The notes: a model not told the origin generated them from the sequence alone. A stretch of DNA of 64,000 bases from a virus (IMGVR_UViG_3300037400_003293:1206-65205); one strand, 5' to 3'; positions 53,076 through 64,000 are shown, counted from the first letter of the stretch. Numbers and translations: made by a program.

Positions 53076-53471
53076 ATGGGCAGGAGTTCTCCGCTCGTAG
53101 TTAAACAAAGTGGCGAGTTCAAGAATTTCGAGCGATTTCTCCAGAAAGACCGCCGCTTGAAAGCTCTGAAAAAAGCTTTGGATAAATTTGGACGACGGGG
53201 CGTGGACGCATTAGCCGCCGCGACCCCGGTCCGAACTGGCGTTACAGCTGCGAGCTGGCGTTATAACATCGCTATTAACAAAGATGGTGTTTCCATCTAT
53301 TGGTGCAATGACAATCTGGCGTCTGACGGCACCCCTATCGTTAAGTTGCTCGTACGAGGCCACGGGACCCGTGATGGGCATTATATTCGGGGAAATGACT
53401 TTGTTACCCCCGCGATTCAACCCATTTTCGATGAAATTGCTGATGAGGCATGGGCGGAGGTGATTAAGTAA
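53076..53471 (+). CDS. HK97 gp10-like tail component
   Basis: A.ATPVRTG.TAASW...HGT..G.Y..G..F..PA. Confidence 0.75.
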   Translation: MGRSSPLVVKQSGEFKNFERFLQKDRRLKALKKALDKFGRRGVDALAAATPVRTGVTAASWRYNIAINKDGVSIYWCNDNLASDGTPIVKLLVRGHGTRDGHYIRGNDFVTPAIQPIFDEIADEAWAEVIK

Positions 53472-56400
53472 TGGCGAACGACGTCGAAACCAAAATTGTA
53501 GAGGCGCAATTTCGAAGCGAAGACTTTGATAAAAACATTCGCCGAAGCACCAAGAATGTAGAGGACTTCAAGAAGTCACTGGACTTTGATGACGCCGTCC
53601 GGCAGATGCGGGATGTCGTCGATCAGGGTACGCCGATGTCCACAATGTTCGAAAAGCTGTCAGGCAATGTAGAGAAGCTCGCGAATGAACTCACCGGCAT
53701 CGGAAGCTTATCCACTTATGTTGCACAGAAGATCAAGTCTGCCTGGCAGGGTGCTATGAATAGCATTGAGAGCTTCATGAAGAGCCTGACCAGTGCACAG
53801 ATCAAAGAGGGCAGCAAGAAATATGATGGTTTGCTGAAAGCTGTTCAGACCATCAAGAATGCTACCGGAGACGCTGAAGATTACGTGTATGGTATAATGA
53901 AAGACCTAAACACTTACACGGACGAAACCAGTTATAACTTCAGTGACATGGCAGCTAACATCGGTAAGTTCACCACGGCCGGTGTAAATTTGGGGGATGC
54001 CGAAAAGGAAATGGAAGGCATCGCTAACTGGGCTGCTCTGGCTGGTCAAGGTGTTAATGAAGCCCAGCGGGCCATGTACAACATCAGCCAGGCCATGAGC
54101 GCAGGCTACATGAAGCTGATGGACTACCGAAGCATTCAAAATGCAAATATGGACATCCGCCGATTCCGTGAGGAAGCATTGAAGGCTGCTGTGGCGGTAG
54201 GCGCTTTGACAGAAAAGAACGGCAAGTATTACGCTAAAAAGAAAAAAATGGCCGCTCAGGACACCACGAGCACCACCACAAAAAAGAACTCAAGTAAGAA
54301 GAAGCAGAATGCCGATTCCGGAATGGTGGAGGTCAACATCGACAACTTCACCGATACGCTTTCTTATGGCTGGTTCAACCGGGAAGCTATGGAAAAGGTG
54401 TTTAAGGTTTTCGGTGACAACACGAATGGTATTGGCAAAGAGGCCTATAAGGCTGCACAGCGGTGTATAACCTTTACTGATGCGCTTAATGCAATCAAAG
54501 ACATGTTGTCCACCGGATGGATGCAAACTTACCAGAGTATTTTTGGCAAGCTCAGTGACGCTATGAACCTGTTCAGCGGCATGTGCAACAAGGCCTCCGA
54601 GATGCTTTCTAAGTTTGTCGAGACTCGTAACAAGATTCTTGATCATTGGAGTCTAACCGGTCGTGATTCTTTGTGGGGGGCTCTTGTTGGCGAGATCGAG
54701 GCTCCTGATGGCGATGTCCTTTTTAAGGGTGCCTATGGTCTGTTGGATGCTCTTAGTGACATTGGTGACACCATCTATGAATCCTTCTGGAACCTCGTTA
54801 AGCGATTCGCGGATCCGGCTAAAACAGGCATTTTCGAGAGTGACGACCGCTACAAGTTTAATTATCTTGCGGCTTGTCTTACTCACCTGACCCATTCTGT
54901 TCAGGACTTCACTAACAGTATTAACACCTTCCTGAATAACACTCCCCTTGGTCAGACGGAGACGAGGGCCGATCAGCTGAGACACACCATTGAAGGGATC
55001 TTTGCGGTCGTGTCCATGGTGTTCCATGTGATTAAGGAGGTCGGGCGGTTCGGAGCTACAATTCTCGGTCAGCTTCAGCCGACATTTGATGCAATCGGTT
55101 ACATGATCGGTTATCTGGCCGGTCTGATCACCGGAGATTCTGTAAAAGAGATCCGGAAGAACAATCTCGGTTCATTCCTTCAAAATCTGGCTACTGTACT
55201 GCGTCCGGTAACGGCCATCATCAATACTGTAGTGCTAAATCTGGCTCGTCTGGTCAAGGCAATTGCAGATGTAGGAAGTCAGACCGGAATCACACAGAAA
55301 CTGATATTCGCCCTGCCATTCGTGAAACTGTTGAAGAACCTCAGTCTGTTCCACGTTAAGCTCGGTCTGATCGGTAAAGTTCTCGCTGTTCTCTCCTTTG
55401 CCAAAGTTGCAAATGAGATCGGACGGTTCGCTAAGAGCACGGATATGTTCAAGAAGATCACGGCCAAGAGCAGCGGCACGCTTGGCAAGTTCTGGTCTGT
55501 CATTCAGAACACATTCAGTTCCAAGAACATGAAGTCCATCAAGACGCTGTTTACCAAGAAACTGGTGGCCATGTTCTCCTCCTTCCCAACGGTCGTCGAG
55601 ACAATCAAGACCAAACTTGGCACTTTTGGCCAGAGCATTGTGGGTGTCTTCAGCTGGCTGTTTGAGACCTTGATCGACCCGTTGATCGGCACAGCCAAAG
55701 CGGAAGACTTCTCTGCCCAGCTGGACACGACTTTGACACGGTCTTTGGTTCCCGGCGGAGACAATCCTTCTTCCCGTGGCGAAAGCTTGCTCGGAAGGAT
55801 CCGTGAAGGGTTTACTGCTTTCTTTAAGCCTATCAAGGATTGGTTTGCCAATTTCTTTAACCAGACAATCCCAAATTTGCTTAACAGCGACGGTGTCAAG
55901 GCCATCAAGAATTTCTTCAGTGGCACCACCTTTATGGAAGTGCTGACCAATGCGGTTCAGCTGAAGAAGTGGATGTCTATGGGCAAGATTGGCGCTGGTC
56001 TGGTTTCTTTGGGTAAAGGTTTTAAGTGGATCGGCAAGGGCGGAAAAGTGTTCGGTAAGAACTTGAAGAACCTGAATCTCGCAGGAATCTTCAAGGATAT
56101 GTTTAATATTTCGAACATTATCGGTAGTAATAATACAGATAATAGCAAACGTACCAGCGTTCAGCTCGGCAAATTTGGAAGCCAGCTGTTGCAGATCGCA
56201 GCTGCGGTTGGTGTTCTGGTATTTGCTGCGAACAAATTGTTGGAAATGGATGCGAAGAACCCAGATGCGCTGAAGAATGCCGGAATCGCTTTGGCTGGGT
56301 TACTTGGCGGATTGATTATGGCTGGTGTCGCTGCGAAGTATTTGACTGGCGGCGGAACCGGTTTGTTGGCTATTGCCGCTGGCATCGCTGTTCTGGTGCA

Positions 56401-59400
56401 GACGTTAGATTGGCTGTTCAAAATGCCAGCTGGCGAGTTCGAGCAGGCAGGATGGAAGCTGGCAGCGTTGATGCTCGGGCTGTCTACGGCCATGTGGCTG
56501 GCCACAGGCGGCGTATTTGGCGGTACCCGAAAACTGAAAGGCGTTATCAACTTTGCCCTTGGATTAACTCTGCTGTTAATTCCCATAAAGGAATTGGCGA
56601 AGAACGATAAGGAAATTGATAGTGGCATTCTCAGGCTGGAGGCTCTGATATTGGGTGTCGCGGCGGTCTCTGCCGTGATGGGCGCAACTAAGTTTAGCGG
56701 GTTCAAAGGAATGATCCGGTTTGCTCTTGCCATCACCATTCTTCTGATCCCGATCAAGGAACTTGCCAAAATGAAGATTGTGGATGAAGCGCTTAAGGGC
56801 CTTGGAATGCTTGCATTATTGTTCGGTGAGATCGGCGCACTTGCTCATTTTACGAATGACAAAAAGATCACGCATCTGTCCGGACTGGTTGGCGCAATCG
56901 CGGCTTTAACCGCCATTGGCTGGCTGATTGGCAAAACCATGGATTGGAAACAGGCACTTGTTGGATTCGTACCAATTCTTGCTATGGTGTTCCTTCTCGG
57001 TAAATTCCTGAAGGATGCGTCCGAACTGAAAGCAGACCAGATTAAAGAGATAACCAAGATCTTTAAAGCACTGACCTGGATGATAGCTGTTATTGGTATT
57101 GTTCTTGCGGCAATGAATATTTATCAGTTTGATTATGGGATTACTATAACGTTCTTTGCCGGAGTCTTTGCTTTATTACTTGCTGTTGGTGGTATGTTAA
57201 GACTCGCTTCTAAAACGGATGCTTCAGCTATAGGTAAAATGAGTTTGCTTATGGTGACTCTAATGGCAATGATTGCCGTTACGGCCGGGGCACTCATCTT
57301 CATCAGCCAATATAACCTCGACTGGACAACGATCCTTTCCTTCCTTGGAGGCTTGGCTGCTCTGGTAGCTGTGCTTGGCATATTCCTACCAGTATTGGGC
57401 AAGCTGGATGCTGGATCAGCTATTACAGGCATTCTCGTCCTTGGCGGAGCGATTGTTGTTATCATGGGCGCAATCTCACTTATGTCTAAAGTGCTTTTGG
57501 GCTCTGTTGGTAGTGCATTTACTGAACTGTCTTCCAGATTATCGTTGATGAGTGGACTGCTTCGTGATTTCTTTGGCCAGATGGATCTCATCTCTAAAGA
57601 GAGCACAGCACATGCGATTTCCATCTTTGAAGATTTGAAGAAGCTGATTGACGGCCTTTCTGGTTTCAGTGGATATGAGACGGATATTAGCAGTGTTGAA
57701 CGCCAGCTGATGTATCTCGGCACCGGCCTGACGATGTTTTTCCTTAACGACAGCACCTATCCGTCCCCTGATCAGTCAAACGCTTTCGCTACTCTGAATA
57801 AACTGATCGAAATCAGTCCGAAATTGTCGACCATCTCTTTCGGGAATCTTCCGGCATCCTTGATGTATTTAGGCAGCGGTCTTAGGATATTTGACACTTC
57901 CACCAAAGGCATTGCAGCAGAAACACCTGCATTATCTATGCTGACATCCCTGATTAGCACCGTGGAGAACAAGACAAATGCTTTGAATGGATCCATTGCT
58001 ACAGATCTGATGTATTTGGGCGTCGGCGCGAAACTGTTCAACAATTCTACGAAAGGAATTGTTACAGACAAGCCTCTTGTTCTTAGTCTGCTGCAAAATC
58101 TGTTCGGCATGGCAAATGACATCAATACATTTTCGCAGCTCCCGCTCACGACCTTTACAAGCCAGATGTCTGGACTTGGTGGTGCAATGAGTTTGTATGC
58201 TAAGGGTGCAAAAGAAGTAACTGGTATTGGCACTGAGGAATTGCCTGATGCTACTTCGGCCATTGAGATTCTGAAGTCTATTTGTGCTAGCATTGCCGGC
58301 GAGGACGGGACTGAAGCATTTGTGATTCCCGAGAATCTCCCGGATAAAACAGAGCTTGGTCTGTTTGCTGGGCAGTTAGCAGCTTTGGCAATGGCTTTGG
58401 CCGATTATGCCAATGCCGCAAATAGTTTCCAGGGCGATAGCGCCAGTAAATCCATCGAACTACTGAAGCTCCTTGGTGAAATGGGCGGATATTTGACTCC
58501 GGATAATCTAAGTGCTACTTCTGCTTTTACAGATGCTGGTGTTTCCGGAAATGACGCCAATGGCAATGGGCCTTTAGGTCAGTTTGCGCTGGATGTTGGG
58601 GCGCTCGGTGAAGCACTTGCTTCTTTTGCAACACTTACTGGAGATAAAACATTCGACGCCGGTATGGGTGCACTTACTCATCTGGAAACCATTAATAGCC
58701 TGGTAACAAGCGATGCATTAGCATTTACAAATGCATTCACTAAAGCTGAAGTTAGTGGCAAGGGTTCTGATGGGAACAGCACTCCATTAGGTATGTTTGC
58801 CATGGATATTACGGCCCTCGGAAGTGCATTAAACAGCTTTTCTTCTTTGACAGAAAATACTACATTTAATAATGGTCTCGGCGCTTTGGATAAATTGAGC
58901 GACCTGAATGGCAAGCTTACAGCGCAGAACCTTGCTTTTGTTTCAGCTTTTGCAAATGCTGGTGCTTCCGGTACCGTTCTTAGCAATTTTGGCGAAGATA
59001 TTGGTAATCTTGGTACTGGTCTTGGCGGTTTCGTTAAGAATATAACTATGGAGGACGGCAGTCAGGCCGACTTTGACAATGCAATTCGGGCACTGAACTT
59101 TCTTGTATCCCTTAAGAGTAGATTACCAGATCCATCGTCGTTTATGTCTTGGTTTACGGGTAAAGGTAAAGAGTTTGAGGGACTTGGGGTACAGCTTGAA
59201 TTGCTTGGCCAAGGATTGCATGACTTTAGTGCTAAGATGACGGATATTGGTGACGGCAACAGCGGCATCAATATGGATTCTGTTAATAACGGCATTTCCG
59301 CATTAGCCGGACTGATTCAAGTTATGAACACACTGTCCCTCACACAGCCAAATACTGGAGGTCTTGTGCAGATTGGCGACTTGTTTGTTGCCATGTCCGA

Positions 59401-60070
59401 TCTTGTCACACTATGGTCGGATGAGCAGGGATTATTGTCTGTCAACGGAAAGAGTATCGCCACAGGTATAGCCACCATTGCAAAAGATATAAGTGACGCG
59501 TTTAACGAGGTCAAAGGGATTGATGCAGATGCTATATCCGTTTTCAACGATCTTATGTCCGGTCTTGGCGTGCTTGTTTTGGCAGACCCAAGCGTTGATA
59601 TGCATCAACCAGGCGAAAAGATTATGCAGGGAATGGCTGAGGGTGTCGATTCCAGTAAAGCCATTCTGGTCACGTCAGTTACTACTGCTGTTAAGGGAGC
59701 TTTGGATGCGGTAGACAGCATCGAATACCATCCCATGATCACCCCGATTATCGACCTGAGCAATGTCTCTGGCGATACTCTGGATGATCTGTTCGGTGGT
59801 AACTACCAGCTGAATCTTGGCGACGCACTGAACCGAGCGGCAGCGGCTACTTCCGGCTCTGGTCCGGTAGAGGTCATCGTTCAAAATCAGCTCAGTCTCA
59901 GCACCTTGCAAAGCCAGGTATCGGCGCTTCAGTCGAGTATTGAATCCCTCGGAACTTACATTTCCAACATTCAGTTCGTGCTGAACACAGGAGAATTGGC
60001 AGGCGGCGTGACCGATGGTGTAGACAGAAATTTAGGCAGAAAAACGTTGTACGCTAGCAGAAGAAATTGA
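53471..60070 (+). CDS. Tape measure protein
   Basis: 2199 aa; TMP N-terminal domain (LNTYTDETSYNFSDM..NIGKFT.AG...A.YNISQAM); many TM/Ala-Gly-rich repeats. Confidence 0.93.
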   Translation: MANDVETKIVEAQFRSEDFDKNIRRSTKNVEDFKKSLDFDDAVRQMRDVVDQGTPMSTMFEKLSGNVEKLANELTGIGSLSTYVAQKIKSAWQGAMNSIESFMKSLTSAQIKEGSKKYDGLLKAVQTIKNATGDAEDYVYGIMKDLNTYTDETSYNFSDMAANIGKFTTAGVNLGDAEKEMEGIANWAALAGQGVNEAQRAMYNISQAMSAGYMKLMDYRSIQNANMDIRRFREEALKAAVAVGALTEKNGKYYAKKKKMAAQDTTSTTTKKNSSKKKQNADSGMVEVNIDNFTDTLSYGWFNREAMEKVFKVFGDNTNGIGKEAYKAAQRCITFTDALNAIKDMLSTGWMQTYQSIFGKLSDAMNLFSGMCNKASEMLSKFVETRNKILDHWSLTGRDSLWGALVGEIEAPDGDVLFKGAYGLLDALSDIGDTIYESFWNLVKRFADPAKTGIFESDDRYKFNYLAACLTHLTHSVQDFTNSINTFLNNTPLGQTETRADQLRHTIEGIFAVVSMVFHVIKEVGRFGATILGQLQPTFDAIGYMIGYLAGLITGDSVKEIRKNNLGSFLQNLATVLRPVTAIINTVVLNLARLVKAIADVGSQTGITQKLIFALPFVKLLKNLSLFHVKLGLIGKVLAVLSFAKVANEIGRFAKSTDMFKKITAKSSGTLGKFWSVIQNTFSSKNMKSIKTLFTKKLVAMFSSFPTVVETIKTKLGTFGQSIVGVFSWLFETLIDPLIGTAKAEDFSAQLDTTLTRSLVPGGDNPSSRGESLLGRIREGFTAFFKPIKDWFANFFNQTIPNLLNSDGVKAIKNFFSGTTFMEVLTNAVQLKKWMSMGKIGAGLVSLGKGFKWIGKGGKVFGKNLKNLNLAGIFKDMFNISNIIGSNNTDNSKRTSVQLGKFGSQLLQIAAAVGVLVFAANKLLEMDAKNPDALKNAGIALAGLLGGLIMAGVAAKYLTGGGTGLLAIAAGIAVLVQTLDWLFKMPAGEFEQAGWKLAALMLGLSTAMWLATGGVFGGTRKLKGVINFALGLTLLLIPIKELAKNDKEIDSGILRLEALILGVAAVSAVMGATKFSGFKGMIRFALAITILLIPIKELAKMKIVDEALKGLGMLALLFGEIGALAHFTNDKKITHLSGLVGAIAALTAIGWLIGKTMDWKQALVGFVPILAMVFLLGKFLKDASELKADQIKEITKIFKALTWMIAVIGIVLAAMNIYQFDYGITITFFAGVFALLLAVGGMLRLASKTDASAIGKMSLLMVTLMAMIAVTAGALIFISQYNLDWTTILSFLGGLAALVAVLGIFLPVLGKLDAGSAITGILVLGGAIVVIMGAISLMSKVLLGSVGSAFTELSSRLSLMSGLLRDFFGQMDLISKESTAHAISIFEDLKKLIDGLSGFSGYETDISSVERQLMYLGTGLTMFFLNDSTYPSPDQSNAFATLNKLIEISPKLSTISFGNLPASLMYLGSGLRIFDTSTKGIAAETPALSMLTSLISTVENKTNALNGSIATDLMYLGVGAKLFNNSTKGIVTDKPLVLSLLQNLFGMANDINTFSQLPLTTFTSQMSGLGGAMSLYAKGAKEVTGIGTEELPDATSAIEILKSICASIAGEDGTEAFVIPENLPDKTELGLFAGQLAALAMALADYANAANSFQGDSASKSIELLKLLGEMGGYLTPDNLSATSAFTDAGVSGNDANGNGPLGQFALDVGALGEALASFATLTGDKTFDAGMGALTHLETINSLVTSDALAFTNAFTKAEVSGKGSDGNSTPLGMFAMDITALGSALNSFSSLTENTTFNNGLGALDKLSDLNGKLTAQNLAFVSAFANAGASGTVLSNFGEDIGNLGTGLGGFVKNITMEDGSQADFDNAIRALNFLVSLKSRLPDPSSFMSWFTGKGKEFEGLGVQLELLGQGLHDFSAKMTDIGDGNSGINMDSVNNGISALAGLIQVMNTLSLTQPNTGGLVQIGDLFVAMSDLVTLWSDEQGLLSVNGKSIATGIATIAKDISDAFNEVKGIDADAISVFNDLMSGLGVLVLADPSVDMHQPGEKIMQGMAEGVDSSKAILVTSVTTAVKGALDAVDSIEYHPMITPIIDLSNVSGDTLDDLFGGNYQLNLGDALNRAAAATSGSGPVEVIVQNQLSLSTLQSQVSALQSSIESLGTYISNIQFVLNTGELAGGVTDGVDRNLGRKTLYASRRN

Positions 60071-60117
60071 TGCCGGGGACTCGTTCCCTGGTCTTTTAAA
60101 AGGAGGTCGGGGACCGA

Positions 60118-63100
60118 ATGGCATCGGTTGAAATCTATATTAAGAATTACAAAGGCCCCGATGGAACAGTGATCTCTAGAGAGACGCTGCTTCAGACCAT
60201 CCCGATGACAGGCGATCCGGTCATTACCAATCCGAAAGTGAAAACTGATCTTGGTAAGGCCGGATCGTTTGAATTCGGGCTGGAGCTGAACAGTCCGTAC
60301 TACGACGCTATGATGCAGATGAAAACCATTCTGCGCGTCGTATATTTCGGGGAGACATTGTTCCGCGGAAGGGTTCTGACCATCGACAAAGGCATGGCCA
60401 GAAGCAGAGTAGTTCATTGCGAGGGTGACTTGGCTTTCTTGCTGGACAGTCACCAGGTCGGGGTCAAGGATGACGCCCGGCAAAAAACAGACGTTCTGAC
60501 ATATCTGAGCAGTGTCATAAACCAGCACAACTCAGACGTTGACGATGCAGATAAGCGATTTATCCTCGGTGAAGCGCCATCCAGCTACTCGGACAGCATC
60601 CTGAGCGATCAGCGAGTAGACGTTCCTGCTGATAAGGCGGAACAGAAGTTCGGCAGTTCCGGCTACGACACGTCTATGGATCGTCTGGAAGGACTGTTGA
60701 GCGATTTTGGCGGCTATATGCGGACCAGGTACGATTCTTCGGACGGGACCGTTTTCCTGGACTGGCTGGACAATTACTATCGTCCGTACTCCGGTCAGGA
60801 CATCGAAGTTGCTTCCAATCTGATCGACTTGAGCGGGCAGACAGAAGTCAGCAATCTGTTTACCATCGTCCTACCCATCGGTAAGAAAGATAACGGTGAG
60901 GTATTCATCAACAGCTGGTGGCCAAAAGTAAGCCCGAATCACCCTAAGGTGGACTATATTAAGGTGTCAGAGCTGGCGACGATTCCTTTATATTCGGATG
61001 ATGTGCTGAATTCTGGTTATCATCGGAAGGAAGACTACGCCAATGCCAATGCTCGGTTCGGGAAGATCTGGAAACCTGTTGAGTTTGAGAATGCCAACAC
61101 CCCGCAGAAGCTGTTCAATTATGCTAAAGACTGGATCAAGAATAACTTCATGCCTGAACTGACCCAGTGGGATGTTACCGCGCTGGATCTGAAGTTTGTT
61201 GGCAGTGATCAGAGGGCTTTGTTCACTGGTGACCGGGTGAAACTGGTGCACCCAGAGGTAGACCAGACTTTCATCTCCGTCACCATCATCTCCGCTGAGT
61301 ACGATCTGTACAATCCAGACAAAAACAAATTCAAAATCGGTATTCCAAACCAGCAGATCAACGCTTCCTACGGTGCCAAGCAGAAGAATGCGTCCGGAGC
61401 AAAGTCGGTAAATGCCGGCATTTCCACAGATAATCTGCAGAAGGAGTTGGAGTCTAAGGTCAATTCTCTTCTGGACGATCTCAACCGTGACAGAGATATT
61501 CTTCAGCAGCAGTATATCCTGAAGACAAAGTACAAAGAGAATATCGGGTTGGATGATCCATGGGCCTTCTTGAAATATAAGACAGACTGCATCACCGAGA
61601 AGGATCCAGAGACGGTTGCCAAGGAAACGGCGGAAGCTAACAAACTGCTTACTCAGACATGGCGGACCAAAAATCTTAAGTTGTTGGCTCTGCAACGTAC
61701 AAACGAGTTACAACGTTGGGACGATCCTGTAAAATGGAATGATCCGCAGCTTGTAATTGATAATACCCCTGAATTGAAAGCAAAGCAGGACCAGTTTAAA
61801 ATGGCCGCTACGGTCCATCTCGTACAGGATCTAAACCTTCCGCAAGATCAAGCGATTGTCCTGTTGAACGACTCCATCGAGAATACGAAACTATATAATC
61901 TCGTGGACGATGATGGCAACTGGACGCAGGAAGCATATGACAGTGGCGCTTATGTATGGAATCCAGAAATAAAGTCGATCATCCATAAGGCCAAGCTTGC
62001 TTTTGACGAATCAGATAATAAATCAATAGATGACAGCATCATCTCAAGCTCTTTGCCATGGGCTTCTATAGGATCGGTAGATATTGGTGGCGGAACATTA
62101 AGTGTTAAAGATCTTAAGGATGCATCCTCTGGAGAACTGAAAAAGGTCGTAAGCTTCATCGAGGACAAGGCCGGCATTGAGCTGACCGACACATTGGAGA
62201 ACCTCAAAACGAGCTTTAACCTCGATGGCCTGGCCATTATCGAAGGCATCAAGGATAAGGCATCTGCCGGCTGGAAGAAGGTTGTCGACCTCGCCGGCGG
62301 ATTGCTCAATACCACGTCCGTTTCTGATACTGTTACCGGTATTTGGAACCAGACTGTTGAGGCTCTTGGCGGACTGGTCAGCGGTACTAGCGAAAAGAAG
62401 CAGAACGGCGATAAGGAAACGTTTCTGAACATTATCAACGGTTTGCTTGCCGGTTCCAGCAAGGAAAAAGAAGGAAGCACTGACGTCGATAAATCCATTG
62501 ATTTTCTTTCTGGCACGCTCACCGGGAGCGAGACCCAGACTGAATCCACAGGTATCAAAAGTAAACTGTTTGATATTCTTGGTATGTTTCTTGGCCGCGA
62601 GGAAACAAAGACTGGTCAGGACACCAGCAAAACTTTCTTCCTCGGCAACGACAAAGCCCAGGTAGACGGCACCACCGGCACTGCTTCCTTCGGTGAAGGA
62701 TATGAATGGATGGTCACGCTGAACGACACTGTTGGCAATGAGCGTGGCTTTGTTTCTGCAAAAGACTTCCAAGCGGTTCAGTCCATCCCCAGCTTCAAGA
62801 CAAAATTTGCTGCAGTGGATAAATTCGTTGCTAATCAGGCCACCTTCAATGACACTTATACAAAGAAATTGACAGCTGCAGAAGCATACATTAACAAGAT
62901 CAATTCTACTTCTGTCGATGCAGACGCATATGTTTCTGCCGGACATGGCTCATTTAACAGTGTAAATGTCAAGAATGGTTTGACTGCAAATACTGTTACC
63001 GGGAACTCGATGAAGATAAAAGTTGCCGGCCCGAATAATACTTCAGAAGATGCTGATCTTAGCCTATGTTTCTCCAGTGCAGTGAGCAGTTTCAAAGATG

Positions 63101-63999
63101 GTGTATGGACTCTCACCCTCTATAAGATAGGCGGTGGATCGCAAGACGTCCCTTTCGACCTTACGGCGACTGACTGGTATAAGAATCAGATCGCCGGTGA
63201 GTATAACGATGGTTGGGATGCCGCTGTTGATGTTTCCAGTATTCCGGAGATTATCTCATCTTCTACGGAAAAGGGAAGTATGACCGCTTCCTGGCCAAAT
63301 AAAAAGACGGTCGGATCGGATGTCACTCGCGGCACTACAGAGATGACCTTCCGCCTTGAGGTGAATCAGAACGATGCATTTATTCGGGTAGAAGGGGACA
63401 ATGATACTTACAAAGATTATGCTCACATAACACACAACCAATACAAAAATGGTCAAAATGCTACAAAGGTCAAGAAAGGTACCTGGTCTGGTAAGGCTAT
63501 TACCTTTACTACAGATGCCCCGACACCGAATGCTAATGCGGCTCAGACACTGACTTTGTCATGGAATAATGACACTGGCTGGTCATGGGATGACGATAAT
63601 GGTTATCAACAGAAATACCAGATTAAAGATGGTAATACAGTTGTTGATACTGTTTATGCCACGATTCCGGGTATGGCTGTTGGCCTGACAGAGCCTGGCA
63701 CTCAGAAGTCTACATGGTGGAAAACATCCGGCACCAATGCTAATAAGTATGTGGTTCCTGGCACTTCAGCAGCTGCTTATCTGGCTACTGATACAGCTAA
63801 AGATCATCCTCTTAGCAGTCTAAAGACCGGCTCTGATATTGTCATTACCCCGACTGAAGCTCTGAACTCAGTTAAGGTCAAGAAAGGTACCTGGTCTGGT
63901 AAGGCTATTACCTTTACTACAGATGCCCCGACACCGAATGCTAATGCGGCTCAGACACTGACTTTGTCATGGAATAATGACACTGGCTGGTCATGGGAT
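60118..63999 (+). CDS. Large tail protein with an N-terminal prophage endopeptidase/Tal-like domain (3'-partial)
   Basis: RBS AAAGGAGG; MASVEIY...GSFEF...LFRGRV...CEGDLAFLLDS. Spot-checked in frame to the window end; absent from the ORF track, presumably because no stop lies inside the window. Confidence 0.75.
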   Translation, partial: MASVEIYIKNYKGPDGTVISRETLLQTIPMTGDPVITNPKVKTDLGKAGSFEFGLELNSPYYDAMMQMKTILRVVYFGETLFRGRVLTIDKGMARSRVVHCEGDLAFLLDSHQVGVKDDARQKTDVLTYLSSVINQHNSDVDDADKRFILGEAPSSYSDSILSDQRVDVPADKAEQKFGSSGYDTSMDRLEGLLSDFGGYMRTRYDSSDGTVFLDWLDNYYRPYSGQDIEVASNLIDLSGQTEVSNLFTIVLPIGKKDNGEVFINSWWPKVSPNHPKVDYIKVSELATIPLYSDDVLNSGYHRKEDYANANARFGKIWKPVEFENANTPQKLFNYAKDWIKNNFMPELTQWDVTALDLKFVGSDQRALFTGDRVKLVHPEVDQTFISVTIISAEYDLYNPDKNKFKIGIPNQQINASYGAKQKNASGAKSVNAGISTDNLQKELESKVNSLLDDLNRDRDILQQQYILKTKYKENIGLDDPWAFLKYKTDCITEKDPETVAKETAEANKLLTQTWRTKNLKLLALQRTNELQRWDDPVKWNDPQLVIDNTPELKAKQDQFKMAATVHLVQDLNLPQDQAIVLLNDSIENTKLYNLVDDDGNWTQEAYDSGAYVWNPEIKSIIHKAKLAFDESDNKSIDDSIISSSLPWASIGSVDIGGGTLSVKDLKDASSGELKKVVSFIEDKAGIELTDTLENLKTSFNLDGLAIIEGIKDKASAGWKKVVDLAGGLLNTTSVSDTVTGIWNQTVEALGGLVSGTSEKKQNGDKETFLNIINGLLAGSSKEKEGSTDVDKSIDFLSGTLTGSETQTESTGIKSKLFDILGMFLGREETKTGQDTSKTFFLGNDKAQVDGTTGTASFGEGYEWMVTLNDTVGNERGFVSAKDFQAVQSIPSFKTKFAAVDKFVANQATFNDTYTKKLTAAEAYINKINSTSVDADAYVSAGHGSFNSVNVKNGLTANTVTGNSMKIKVAGPNNTSEDADLSLCFSSAVSSFKDGVWTLTLYKIGGGSQDVPFDLTATDWYKNQIAGEYNDGWDAAVDVSSIPEIISSSTEKGSMTASWPNKKTVGSDVTRGTTEMTFRLEVNQNDAFIRVEGDNDTYKDYAHITHNQYKNGQNATKVKKGTWSGKAITFTTDAPTPNANAAQTLTLSWNNDTGWSWDDDNGYQQKYQIKDGNTVVDTVYATIPGMAVGLTEPGTQKSTWWKTSGTNANKYVVPGTSAAAYLATDTAKDHPLSSLKTGSDIVITPTEALNSVKVKKGTWSGKAITFTTDAPTPNANAAQTLTLSWNNDTGWSWD

Positions 64000-64000
64000 G
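63466..64000 (+). repeat. Exact direct repeat of at least 127 nt (63466-63592 and 63874-64000), 408-nt period
   Basis: Identical sequence encoding KVKKGTWSGKAITFTTDAPTPNANAAQTLTLSWNNDTGWSWD; the second copy is cut by the window edge. Confidence 0.9.

Noticed and set aside
1-64000. Alternative genetic code / stop-codon reassignment
   Set aside because: Long conserved genes are uninterrupted under the standard code, all three stop codons terminate genes, and no suppressor tRNA is seen.

Overview
The window is almost entirely a temperate siphophage genome, probably of a Firmicutes (Clostridia/Lachnospiraceae-like) host. Its gene content recalls the Lactococcus 1706 / Rhodococcus Pepy6-like group; that placement is from recall and was not searched. 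Essentially all credible genes are on the + strand. The order is: tail C-terminus, Dit-like gene, holins, fibre-like protein and endolysin (1-10.3 kb); tyrosine integrase with an intact attP matching the 3' half of tRNA-Cys (10.8-12.1 kb); an accessory/early region built from promoter-payload-terminator cassettes (10.6-37 kb); a replication module (primase-helicase-PolB fusion, SSB-like, SF2 helicase, ThyX, iteron-like ori); a 990-aa DxDGD two-barrel RNA polymerase; a putative cos region; and head and tail morphogenesis genes (41.6-64 kb). The best candidate for an undescribed system is a self-contained transcription programme. It comprises the phage RNA polymerase, about 16 copies of a non-sigma70 motif (YRCG-AWWTWWACA-N8-TATGRA) and RNAP alpha-CTD-like proteins. 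Cassette payloads are either tiny GxxxG membrane peptides or highly structured ncRNAs, including a roughly 325-nt RNA with a tRNA-elbow mimic. A separate structured element next to cos exposes two anti-Shine-Dalgarno loops complementary to several of the phage's own ribosome-binding sites. All calls come from manual reading; no database searches or folding programs were run.
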